From the NCBI GenBank assembly GCA_965224195.1, contig OZ245040.1, positions 1,248,001 through 1,312,000 of the forward strand: DNA of 64,000 nt, written 5' to 3'. The DNA is from Nitrosopumilus sp. Its GTDB lineage: Archaea; Thermoproteota; Nitrososphaeria; Nitrososphaerales; Nitrosopumilaceae. A program made the translations under genes and the position numbers. The notes beneath the pieces were generated by a model that did no database searches, was not told the DNA's origin, and saw only the letters and a list, made by a program, of their open reading frames with translations. Positions within the stretch are counted from its first letter, which is position 1. Each line of letters begins with the position of its first letter. This document shows, in pieces, positions 20,265 to 30,554 of the stretch.

Positions 20265-21056
20265 GAGCTTCCTAGAAATCATAATCCAAACTAAAGAAAT
20301 GATACACATCTGCGTATCTGAAATCAAATTGTCTCCTCTAACGGGTAATCATGGAAATAATATTCTTATCTCGAATTCTCATGTGAACTGGTTCTGCATC
20401 ATACCCCTTGTCTAACACCATAACATTCATTGAAATGATATCAAGCATTTTAGAAAACAGCTTTGGGAAATGCTTTGATGTCATGAGAAATTGGATGATG
20501 TTGAATCACAACTGCACAAATTAATTGTGTTTTCATGTCAGAACCTGCTGAGCATTCTGTAAATGCATGCATGATATTACATCTGTAGGAATAGTATAGC
20601 GTGGCATGTTTGTTTTCAAATCCTGTCGCATCAATTCCTGCAAATATAGAACCAGGTGATATAATTTGGATGAACCGCCCTATTACAGCATGTAATGTTC
20701 CCTCACTGATTCGAGCTGCTGCCTTTTGTAATGTGGTAAAATGTGAGATGGTTTTAAGTTGTAATTGAATTACAATCTCTGCTGCAACATCCAGCCATTT
20801 AACAAATGACTCGCAGCTTTCTGACTCGTACTGTCCAAGGACTGGTAAAATGATGTGCTGGTGTATTGAAAATGTATGCTTTGATTTTGGATATACAAAC
20901 AACGGAGCATTCATTTTCTTTGGAATCTGGCGCATGATATTCATCATGCGGTGGTGTTTGTTTTTCATGGAATGAGAAATGTGTAATTATTGATGGATCT
21001 TGATAATTAGTTTGATCTACAATTAGGTAAAATCTTGATGATTTCTAGGCAGCCGC
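20265..21056 (-). mobile_element. internally deleted IS5-family (DDE_Tnp_1-type) element
   Basis: imperfect TIR GCT.CCTAGAAATCA at both ends; HFTTLQK, GIDATGF and frameshifted LDKGYDAE motifs. Confidence 0.8.
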
Positions 21057-21116
21057 TGTATACACATGAACAATCAAACCAAAAAGATTAAAATGATTTG
21101 ACCTCAAAATTAAGAT

Positions 21117-21326
21117 ATGAAATTGCAAACAATATTTTGGAAAGAAGATAACATGTATGTGATAAAAGAAGCATCTACAGGTGTAACTACACAGGGCCAT
21201 ACCCTAGAAGAGGCACTGGTAAATATCAAAGAAGCAGTTAGTCTTTATCTAGAAGAATTACCAGATCTAAAATATACTATAGAAAATATGGATGTGGTTG
21301 GTGCATTAAGTGTTGAAATTCCCTAA
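21117..21326 (+). CDS. hicB: HicB-family antitoxin (short form)
   Basis: GVTTQGHTLEEALVNIKEAVSLYLE. Confidence 0.88.
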   Translation: MKLQTIFWKEDNMYVIKEASTGVTTQGHTLEEALVNIKEAVSLYLEELPDLKYTIENMDVVGALSVEIP

Positions 21327-21540
21327 ACTTGCAGGAAGCAAGATAATAAAAATTCTTGTTGACGAATTTGATTTTCAAGTTTCACGTCAGAGGGGGAGTC
21401 ATGTTGTTTTACATAAATTTGTAAAAGATAGAAAAATAGTCACCGTTGTCCCATTACATAAAGAGGTAAAGATTGGAACTATTTTCAGTGTTTTGTCACT
21501 TGCAGAAATCAAAAAAGATGATTTTCTTAAAAATCTTTGA
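21310..21540 (+). CDS. hicA: HicA-family toxin
   Basis: F.VSRQRGSHV...TVVPLH.E...GT; overlaps hicB. Confidence 0.88.
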   Translation: MLKFPKLAGSKIIKILVDEFDFQVSRQRGSHVVLHKFVKDRKIVTVVPLHKEVKIGTIFSVLSLAEIKKDDFLKNL

Positions 21541-21788
21541 TATGATGAACGCCAAATAATTAGTTTTGATAAGAAATTGTTTTCAGATCACCAAAATTTA
21601 ACAGCAGGGCTACAATAGAGAATTTTATTCTAAATTACCAAGTACAAATTATCAATAATATTCAAAATCAATTTGGAGAAGATCTTTATTTCATGATTAA
21701 TGATGTAGATCACTGGAATTTACCAGAACCGTTTGTTGAGTTGTTGATTTTTGTAGATTCTTGTTGATCCTGTTTTAATTCTAATGTA

Positions 21789-22512
21789 CTGTGCTGCACA
21801 ACTGAGTAATTTTTCTTACAGTTTACACTGAATCATTTGATTAACCATACACCTGCAAACAGATTATACAACGCAGTTTTGATTTCCAATTCCTTTGCCA
21901 TGTTGGAATATTTGTGTTCCATAACATGCCTCACCAAAGAACCGTTTGAATGATGAGAATGCCGACTCTACAACCCACCTGTCTCCATAGTCTACGCCAA
22001 GCTTCCACAGGATCCAAATTGTACAGTTGTGCCAAAACAGATTTTCGTCTTGGATGACAGTCAGCATAGATAGATGATGTCTTTCTCACTTTAATTGCAG
22101 GTAGTATTTCCTTGTCATAATAGCAGTATGAGAAATTATTTTTAGAATCATATGGACACCATCTGCCAGAACCTTTACTATCTTGTTATCATTCTTTTCT
22201 GCTTGTTCTACTAGGGAAGGTACAAGTTGAGCATCATGGGATGAATCATCAGTTATTTTTAGTGAAGGAATATTTTTTGTTTTGGCATCAGCTGCCACAT
22301 GAATTTTGAGGAACCCTCTTCTCATATTCCATTTCTGCCACATCCATTCACCCCTGTCTGCAGGCCTTAATCCCTGTTATCAGTTGCAATTACCACATCA
22401 TCACCAACTTTTTGGTTTGTCTTGACATGCAACTTGCTTACTCTTCTTTGTATGGTGGAATAATCTGGTACGTCAGGAATATGTTTTGCGTGAGATTTTA
22501 CCATTCCTTGAG
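21789..22512 (-). mobile_element. degraded IS5-family (IS903-like) transposase remnant
   Basis: PDYSTIQRR, RRGFLKIHVA.D, LADG and RWVVESAFSSFKRFFGE in shifting frames; 5' part cut by another IS. Confidence 0.8.
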
Positions 22513-22514
22513 TA

Positions 22515-22949
22515 GACCTCTTGCATAATTAACCAAATCTGATAGAACAGTCCAAATTCATTCACAGCAAGATCCAAAGCTAAGTACAAACCATTTCATT
22601 TCATGCCAAATTATACAAAACTGGCAGGAAAACCAAAACAGTTCCTGAGATTTACAGGAATAACTGCAACACAATTTGATTTTTTGACAAAAGAGATACA
22701 GAAACAATACAAGATTACAGAGAGAAAAAGACTCTCAAAAAAAGACAGAAAAAGAAACATTGGAGCTGGAAGACCATTCAAACTTTCAGCAAGGGATAGG
22801 ATTCTGATGCTGCTAATTTACTATCGTTGCTATACAAGCTATGATTTACTGGAATATCTGTTTAGAGTTGATTCATCAACAGTGTGTAGAGACATTGCAA
22901 AAATAGAGTCTGCAGTGAAATGTGTAATTCCAATTCCTGTCAAACTGTA
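22515..22949 (+). mobile_element. truncated second IS5/ISL2-type element (HTH region only)
   Basis: TA|GACCTCTTGCATAAT end; ORF 22603-22950 homologous to the copy 1/2 N-terminus; interrupted by copy 2. Confidence 0.8.
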
Positions 22950-24015
22950 GATGAGTTGTGCAATCAGTCCAATTTGAGCATAATCTCAACATTTTCTAAT
23001 CATAAGATCCAAAGCTAAGGCTGAATTATTTTCAATTCATGTTTAATTGCACAAACTGGCAAAAAAACCAAAGCAATTCCTGCCAATAGCAGGATTAACT
23101 GTTCCACAATTTGATTCCCTATACAAAGAAACAAAGAAAAATTACAAAACTGCAGAACAAAAGGGATTGTCCAAAAATAGAGAAAGGGACATTGGTGCAG
23201 GACACAAGTTTGACTTGTCCTTCAAAGGCAGAATTCTAATGTTTTTCATGTACTACAGAATGTACACAACATATGATATGCCAGGGATGACATTTGATTT
23301 GGACAAACCAAACGTAATGAGAAACATCAGATGTTTGGAGCCTGCAGTGAAGCAGTCCATTATAATTGCTGCCAAAAAATATGCAGACTCAAAAAAGATT
23401 AACAGCATGCAGGAATTGCAAGAATTCTTTCCGGAATTAATTGCAATCACTGATGGCACATAACAGCCCATCCCAAGACCAAAAAACAAAAAGAAAAGAA
23501 GGACACACCATTCAGGCAAAAAGAAAAAGCATGCAGTACAAAATCAAATCGCCATAAATCTTGATGGGATAACAATCCACAAATCTGCACATTCGCCTGG
23601 CAGTCATCATGATTACAGAATTTACAAATCAAAGCATCCAACATTGTCTGAAGGGTTGTCGCAGTCTTATGATCTTGGATATTTGGGGATGGAAAAAGAC
23701 TTTCCAGAACAGGCAAGTGTTTTGCCATACAAGAAAAAGAAAGGAAAAAAATTGACTGTTACTCAAAAGGAGTGGAACAAGATGCAGTCAAAAATTAGAA
23801 TAAAAGTTGAACATGTTATTGCACAAATCAGGCAATTTCGGATAAATCGCGATGTGTTTAGAAACAAATTATGCAGATATGATGTGACAAGTGAAATTGT
23901 TTGTGGGCCTGTCAATTTCAAGATTAAATGGAAAGAAGAATTCATTGCAATTCCATAAAATTAAAAATTAAATGACAGAAAAGTTAGATTTTTGTTTGTA
24001 ATTGCGCAACTCATC
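22950..24015 (+). mobile_element. IS5-family insertion sequence, copy 2 (nonsense mutation)
   Basis: same TIRs, TA flanks and 1066-bp length; GAA>TAA at 23461. Confidence 0.9.
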
Positions 24016-24512
24016 TAATGCATAAAGGCATACATTGCAGCCTGCAAATACCACACATCCCGTCGTTTGCCGTAACGAGGCTTTCGCGTCGTCTTGAAAT
24101 CAATGACGGATGAGACGCCATCATATGCTGCAATGACATCTGCAGTTCCGGCCACTTTGAGGGAATCTGATTTTAGCACAGTCTCAAGGGATTGTATGTT
24201 TGTGATTCTATCAAAGTGCTGTTCTATTTGTGAAACATGTGCAGACGAGATTAGACCTGTTTTGTCAACATCAAGTCCAGCTAATTTTTGGTATAAAGCT
24301 GCATGTGTTGCAGTTCCAATTTTTGCTGCATTGTTTCGTCGATCTTCTAAAGCTTCTGGGGATAAATTCACATACTGCATCCACGATTTGTCCTGCATTG
24401 AGTCAAGCAGTGTTGTTGCAGACGCATAGATTGAGTTGTCATGAGAGTAATATCGAAAATCATTCTCATCGTGGCAAACTATTTGTTCTTGTTGAATTTG
24501 TATTTGTTCCAT
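24016..24512 (-). pseudogene. PD-(D/E)XK exonuclease (MGME1/phage-type) truncated by IS copy 2
   Basis: YASATTLL, GTATH, AGTAD, IDFKT, LQAAMY; the stop comes from the IS junction. Confidence 0.8.
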
Positions 24513-24586
24513 GGCATAGTATACATTGAACGTATACTTATAGTTTTACATTGAATGGATATATACTTCTAATGTTAGAGATTAAT

Positions 24587-24730
24587 ATGAGTAAAAAAGT
24601 TGATGGTAATTATTGGCGACATGAATGCAATAGATGTGGGTATATTTGGTATAGTTTGAACAAGGAACCAAAAACATGTCCGAATTCAAATTGCAGATCT
24701 CCATACTGGAATAAAAAGAGAGTAAGATAA
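24587..24730 (+). CDS. small Zn-ribbon protein typical of archaeal viruses/plasmids (47 aa)
   Basis: HECNRCGYIW...EPKTCPNSNCRSPYWNK. Confidence 0.7.
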   Translation: MSKKVDGNYWRHECNRCGYIWYSLNKEPKTCPNSNCRSPYWNKKRVR

Positions 24731-24804
24731 AACAGAAGGCGATGACTGATCTTATGCCCACGAGCCCTCATAAACTTAAATGACTCAATAATTCCAAAAT
24801 TACA

Positions 24805-25668
24805 ATGATAAGATTAAGTTCGTTATTGCTAGCTATATCTTTAGTAGCAGTTGCAGTAACCATGACTACAATCCAACCAGTATCAGCAAATACCACCGAT
24901 AATCTATTTGCAGACTTTAGATCAGATATACATGATCTAATATTCTCAGGTAATTACACTTGGGAGCAAGCAAAAGATATTCAACACATACATGATGCTG
25001 AACTTGAACAAATCATCGATCAAATCGAGATAGGTAAAAACGAGAGAATGGATCCACAAAGTAGAGAAGGTCTCAAGGAATACATGTTGTTAGAAGAAAT
25101 AAAACACCAACAGCTTCTTCATGACAAGTCCAGAGTTATTGATTCTACTCAAGGATCTGAAATAGAAACAAATGATCCGGAATTATTTGGATACTTTTTT
25201 CCTGCAGCTTTTGCAGACTGTGATAAACAATCTGAGCTCGTTTATTTCAGACAGTCTTAAATTGATATCCGGGGCGGTACCTTAGATGGTTTCACTTTTG
25301 AAGGAAGTAATGATTTAACTTCCGTCACTAGAGAAATTCTTGATGATTGTTCTGTCTTGTATGTTTTGACCTTTGAGGATGAAGATCATCCTAAATGGGA
25401 TTCTTGGTATGATGATGCACGTATTGTGATTTACCAACGTGTACAAGATATTGAAAAGTTCACCATATTTGATGATACCATAACATATGTTAACATCTGG
25501 TCTGATGACAAATCATATAGTTATCTTAAATATGGTGCATTTAGTCAACATGCCGACCATGTTGGTGATTTTGAAAGAATCATGTATGTTGCAAATACGT
25601 GGAATCATTCAATGGATACTGAAAATACAAACCCCGACTTGAAACAAAAGTTTCAAAGATTCAGGTAA
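24805..25668 (+). pseudogene. secreted protein with one in-frame stop
   Basis: signal peptide; TAA at 25258-25260, then the frame continues into FEDEDHP..YD..R...NTWNH. Confidence 0.75.
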
Positions 25669-25691
25669 CTCCTATTTTTTTGTAACTTCTT

Positions 25692-25895
25692 TTAATTTAA
25701 AATATCACTCCAAAAATTATTACATTTTAGTTGACTGTGTTCTAAGCATAGTATATCATCAAGTGTACGAGGAACACAATCTACCACACCTCCACGCTGA
25801 TATACACATGTCTCAATAAAACCCAAACTAATAATCGTAACAGCTACAACTGCAACACCAATCAAAAACAACTTGTTACCAAAACTTAACTTCAC
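25692..25895 (-). CDS. small single-TM Cys-rich protein
   Basis: N-terminal TM, 4 Cys; convergent on the secreted gene. Confidence 0.55.
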   Translation of the reverse strand: MKLSFGNKLFLIGVAVVAVTIISLGFIETCVYQRGGVVDCVPRTLDDILCLEHSQLKCNNFWSDILN

Positions 25896-25966
25896 ACTGC
25901 ACTATAAGGAATTAGAGTTAAAAGTTTTATCAAGTTAACGGGTGTTAGGTAAAAATTTTATTCGTG

Positions 25967-26284
25967 TCAAGTGTCGGGTGTTTTTGAGGTATTGACTATA
26001 AACTCAAAAACTTTTTCTTTATTTATGATAATTCTAAGTTCATCATCATTTTTGAATTGATATTTTGTATATAATTGAGTAAGCATAATGCAATTTTTGT
26101 TATTCACTTTTATTTTATAGGTTCTTCCTTGAAATTTTACTTTAAAAATCTTATCTTTTGCTGGAAATTTTGATCTGGTTTCTTTTGGCAATCCCACATA
26201 CTTGTATTTAGATTCACTTGCAGATAAATTTTTGACAAAATCTATCATCCAACCAATCACCTTTTCACGTTTTGAAAAACACAA
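25967..26284 (-). CDS. hypothetical beta-barrel-like protein
   Basis: 105-aa Lys-rich ORF beside the restriction gene relic. Confidence 0.5.
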   Translation of the reverse strand: MCFSKREKVIGWMIDFVKNLSASESKYKYVGLPKETRSKFPAKDKIFKVKFQGRTYKIKVNNKNCIMLTQLYTKYQFKNDDELRIIINKEKVFEFIVNTSKTPDT

Positions 26285-26291
26285 ATCAAGA

Positions 26292-26663
26292 TTATCTGGA
26301 AATACCTAAATCCAGTTCCATGATCGTGCCCATATCTCCGTAATTACAATGATCAATCTCTATTTTAGAATCATTGACAATTATCAGAAAATCATCATCA
26401 TTTCCATAAAGCGTATTTCTTGAAACTGCATTTATGGTTGTATGTAATTTCTTTTTACCATTGCTAGATTCACGCCCAAATTTTTCAAGTAATGAAATGT
26501 TTATTTTTTCTGGTAGAGGTGCTTTTGTAAACAGTGTAAGCATACTAGATGAGCCTTTTCTAGCTGATTTTAGTTCTGTTTGATGTTAATTGGAACCTGA
26601 AATATTATTTTCTTCAATGCCCAATAAATTCTCCAATGTTTTAGCAATACCTGTATTTCCAGA
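26292..26663 (-). pseudogene. MvaI/BcnI-family restriction endonuclease fragment
   Basis: GNTGIAKTLENLLGIEENN..*..ELKSARK...MLTLFTK; internal TAA, both ends missing. Confidence 0.8.
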
Positions 26664-27252
26664 GACAAGAAGCATAATGTTATCTCTACTGAATTTGGCT
26701 GGAACTATTCTTGTGAGGATCAGAATTTTAGAAAGACTTGTTGCAAACATTCCATGCAGTAGAGATTAGCTTGGCTATTAGAAAAGAAGTAAAGCCAAAA
26801 GTTGTTTTAAGTTCCGTAAATATTGATTCCTGTATGTATTGCAAATCTGACAAGATAAGAAAAGATGGAATCAGAAAGAACAAGACACACTCAATCCAGA
26901 GACTAAAGTGTATAGACTGCAAGAAGTATTCTCTATCAATCTGGGATTTGAAAAGATGCATGCCTCACTTGAAACTATCACCAGTGCAATGCAACTTTAT
27001 TTCACAGGTGAATCTCTAAGAGGTGTTAAACAATTCTTAAAACTTCAAGGTATCAATATGTCCCATCAATCTGTTTTCAACTGGACCAAGAAATACACCA
27101 AACTCATGGACAATTATCTCAATACAATTACTCCGCATGTAGGTGAGAAATGGCACGCAGATGAAGTGTGGCTCAAAGTAAGGGGTGATAGAAAGTATTT
27201 GTTTGCCATAATGGACAACGAGACTAGATTTTGGATTTCCCAAGTAGCAGAT
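26661..27252 (+). pseudogene. SWIM-finger/IS6-like DDE transposase fragment
   Basis: SCED..FRK..CKH (SWIM-like), CxxC Zn ribbon, HTH, WHADEVWLKV...YLFAIMD..TRF; two frameshifts, truncated. Confidence 0.8.
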
Positions 27253-27684
27253 TCAAATTTCCCCCTTTTTCTTTTTTTAAATGCCACAAAAATGCCTAGG
27301 ACTATGCAAGAAATTTCAGTCAATGTCCCCCTAACTGCATCTGGAATTTATCATGATCAAGAGAGCAGCAGCAGAAAAAATATAATTAGGCCAAAAGCGG
27401 GAGCGAAGAGAAGGACGAAATCAAAAATGCACGCGGTTCATCATCTCCTTTTAAAAATAATTTTTGGCAATAACATTATTGCATATCAGGTTCTGCTAAC
27501 TTATCAAGGGATATGAATTTTCTCTAAATTGAAAAATTTGAATTATGAAAGATATTATTTGTATAAGCATATAGTCAAAAATCACAGAATTAAAAAAATT
27601 GTTTGTGGTGTGCTAAAAATATCAATTAGTTCATCAATGGATTCCATACAAAAAAAGATGGAATCAGGAATCGTACATTGCAGT

Positions 27685-28105
27685 CTTACTTTTAAAGTCA
27701 TCATCATCTGGTTCGTATGTGGTATGACTAGTCTGGCAGTCCAAGTAGTTCGATGAAAGTCACTCTCCTCTGGATTTTTCTCAATATCTTTGTCAAGTGA
27801 TTCTAATTGCGCATCAGACAGTCGACAAGGCCTGCCTGGACTCTTGCGATCGTATCTCCAATCCATGCTGGTTTTGAGCTTACTCAACTATTCGTGTATG
27901 GTACTTGTACTCTTTCCAATTGCCTTGTGTATTTCAGATAGAGTCTTTCCTCCCTTTCTGAATATGGCAGCCCAGATCTTGGTTTTGACCTTGTAGTCTG
28001 GTTCATTTGCATGCATCAATTTGAGATCTTCTATAATGGAGTTTTCCGATTCATTAGTGGGATTACTATGGGCGATCACAACTGTAGTAGGAACACTTTC
28101 TGCCC
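27685..28105 (-). mobile_element. IS630-family transposase N-terminal remnant
   Basis: HTH (STIHE*L), PGRPCRLS, WTARLV motifs; internal stop. Confidence 0.7.
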
Positions 28106-28180
28106 TTTGAATTTTACTGTGTGGCCAACATCGGAAGCATCCGTGACAGGTTTGTTTTTAAGAAATTTTTATTTTATTTT

Positions 28181-28366
28181 TCACCTGCCGCATGATTCAA
28201 AAAATAATATCAAATCAAATTCAGGATTAAATGAAATGGGTATGTTTGATAGCAACAATGAGATGCATATTATTGTATTTAGGTTAAAAAAAGGCATTGC
28301 ACCGGTTATAGTTAAGATTCCAAAGACCAATGTGGATGGTAGTAAAATGAGATATAGTGGTTTCAT
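28181..28366 (-). CDS. small membrane protein (cassette partner, possibly degraded)
   Basis: hydrophobic; follows a T-run after an orphan C-terminal fragment. Confidence 0.45.
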   Translation of the reverse strand: MKPLYLILLPSTLVFGILTITGAMPFFNLNTIICISLLLSNIPISFNPEFDLILFFESCGR

Positions 28367-28394
28367 TTTAAAAAAAAGAAAAGATGGTTGTCAT

Positions 28395-28570
28395 TTAAGT
28401 CAACTCAATTAATCTTGCATACCCGTTATTGTATGATGATTCGCCAAAGTATCCTGTATTGCCTTGGTTGTAAAGTCCAGTTGAACCTACACCAGTGTTA
28501 CCTGATAAATCATTCCTTAGAAGAAGATCTATATTTCATGTTATCCCTCGAAGATTACACAGAACCCAGA
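28395..28570 (-). pseudogene. orphan C-terminal fragment of a Gly/Asn/Tyr-rich protein
   Basis: ...DLSGNTGVGSTGLYNQGNTGYFGESSYNNGYARLIELT*; no start, one internal TGA. Confidence 0.4.
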
Positions 28571-28571
28571 A

Positions 28572-28599
28572 AAACTAGCTTTGTTAATAAAGCTAGTTT
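28572..28599. promoter_or_regulatory. perfect 11-bp inverted repeat over a TATA-like element
   Basis: AAACTAGCTTT-gttaat-AAAGCTAGTTT, 13 bp before the TTG at 28613. Confidence 0.45.
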
Positions 28600-28612
28600 A
28601 ACAATTTCAATA

Positions 28613-29439
28613 TTGTATAAAAACGCAAAAACCATAGTATTTGCTTCGGTAATTGTGGCAATGATTCTGCCATTTTCTGGTATGAATTATGCATAAGCAA
28701 AAACAGATGAAACAAAATATAGCAAATCAGATGTTGACAAATCATTTAGGAATTCAGAAGGTTATGTCAGTTTTGAGAAAAAGGACAACCAAATGAAAGT
28801 AGACATTAGAAAAATGATCAACGATGGTCTAGATGCCAAAGATATCAAGATTATTGGAGCATGGGCAAAATTATACAACAATGTATGAAATCTTACATGA
28901 ATGGTGATAGAGAAGGAACTGGTGCTGCTTTAGCAAAAGCTGCTACGGGTCCTTTCAGTCATCTTACAAATGCTCAGACAACCGCAATAGGATCTAATGA
29001 TGGTAGTGTAAGTAATGCTTCTTACATCACTCCTGTTAATTATTGGTCTTTGTCTGCTTGTGGAATCACTTATGGTTCTAATGATCATCCAGAACCTCCA
29101 ATTGAAATTGGATTGCATGATTATTACAGTCTATCTTCTGCACAATCAGAATTAGCAAGTTCAGGATATTATCAAGTTCAATGGCCTTGGATTGATGTTG
29201 GCGATGATGGTAAAGTCTATGCCAAAATAAATACAACAGGTTATGGTGATTGTGATAATGGTGAATTTAGAGATGAAAATCATATCTACGATACGTATCA
29301 TGTCAAAGTAGATAATGTGTGGTATGAACCTGTTCTAAGTTTAATACAGGTAAATGAGCCAAACCCTGATCTGAATGCTTATTCTGCTCCAACCTTCTGG
29401 TGAGATGTTTACGTTGCTGCTTGGCATTATAGCAACTAA
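28613..29439 (+). pseudogene. secreted protein, MILPFS leader and EPNP..WW..WH tail
   Basis: KTIVFASVIVAMILPFSGMNYA*A; TAA at 28694, frameshift near 28885, TGA at 29401. Confidence 0.8.
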
Positions 29440-29455
29440 CCTCTTTTTTTTTATT

Positions 29456-29778
29456 TTGAAAAAATAATATTAATTCCAATTGGAATTTTAATTTTCATGG
29501 TGATTATGTTTAGTCTTGTATTGATTGCAAATTATGTACCCTACAAAACTTGGGGAAGTAATGAACACTATTATTTACCACAAGATGGTTTTGAAGTGAC
29601 TTGTGATTATATGCCGTTACAAAAACCAACTAATTGTAGATTCGTAACATCTCAGGCTGTCCATCACATATGCTGGAATTTCTGTGTTACAAAAACCAAC
29701 TAATTGTAGACCCGTAACATCCGATAATAATTTTCCGGATGTTGAAGCAGACACTATCACCATATCCCCAAAACTATA
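29456..29778 (+). pseudogene. small single-TM partner protein, disrupted
   Basis: TM segment; start out of frame in an A-run; 70-bp duplication/insertion. Confidence 0.55.
29616..29721 (+). repeat. 36-bp direct repeat x2 with a 34-bp intervening segment
   Basis: GTTACAAAAACCAACTAATTGTAGA(TT/CC)CGTAACATC at 29616 and 29686. Confidence 0.9.
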
Positions 29779-29864
29779 AAAATCATAAAAACTAAAGAAT
29801 ATTGAAAGGCTCGGTTAATGATTCAAATCATTTTCATGGTGAATCAATAGTGCACGCGGCTCAT

Positions 29865-30286
29865 TATCGCCTTTCATCCTACTCTTTGTTTATTCCAGGT
29901 AATCATATCAACAGTATGAAGACATGTTGAGCTAAACCAATCCTTGAAATTGGTACATAGATGAAACTTGTCCAACCATAAGAACAGGTGGCCAGACGAA
30001 ATCAACACTCGGGCCAGTTCATGGATAAATTCAGATATTATAATGTCTCATTCATTTGTGGAATTTCAACTCGTTTATGATTTCTTGAAGTATCTTCATT
30101 GCCATATTTCATCTGTTCATATACTCCTCTGTATTGAGGATCAAAAAATGAAACAGGTATGCTATTATCACTAATCTTTGAGAGGAATTTTAAACCGTCC
30201 ATTTTAAGTTTTTTGTTAGTTTTCAACATGCGTGGTAGTACTAGTTCTGGTGCAATCACTGTACGTGTAGCAGAAAAAACACTCAC
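29865..30286 (-). pseudogene. N6/N4 DNA methyltransferase fragment
   Basis: MDGLKFLSKI.D.SI...FFDPQY; after a frameshift, ELARVL..SGHLFLW...ITWNK. Confidence 0.75.
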
Positions 30287-30462
30287 TCCGAATCACCCAA
30301 GGCCACAAGTACTTTGCCATTTTTTTTAATCTCAAATTCAAGACTATTGCTTGCTTCCAAGTGAATCATTATTGGTTTTGGGATTCTACATATATTTCCA
30401 CCATTACCGTCATCATTCACTCTTACTCGGAATTTTGTTGCATCCTTTTTCCATTTTGGCAT
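30283..30462 (-). CDS. small AbrB/SpoVT-like regulator (59 aa)
   Basis: MPKWKKDATKFRVRVN...CRIPKPIM..L....LEFEI...KVLV; GTGA overlap with the methylase. Confidence 0.6.
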   Translation of the reverse strand: MPKWKKDATKFRVRVNDDGNGGNICRIPKPIMIHLEASNSLEFEIKKNGKVLVALGDSE

Positions 30463-30495
30463 GCTAGATGTTTAAAGTGCTTGTATTTATTGTTG

Positions 30496-30554
30496 TTATT
30501 AGATCTAATAATAATTAGTACTAATAAATATAGAATTATATATTAGTACTAATA
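30496..30554. promoter_or_regulatory. three related palindromic operator-like sites
   Basis: TTATTAGATCTAATAA, ATTAGTACTAAT, TATTAGTACTAATA between divergent genes. Confidence 0.55.

Noticed and set aside
26908-27516. intact 202-aa transposase ORF
   Set aside because: After ~27252 the frame runs into unrelated DNA; only the first catalytic Asp is present.
23461-29403. stop-codon recoding (Sec/Pyl or alternative code) to explain in-frame stops
   Set aside because: Stops are mixed TAA/TGA, co-occur with frameshifts, and core genes end normally with all three stops; ordinary decay fits better.
29616-29721. genuine CRISPR array
   Set aside because: Only two repeats, lying in coding sequence, with no leader or cas genes; kept as a duplication finding.
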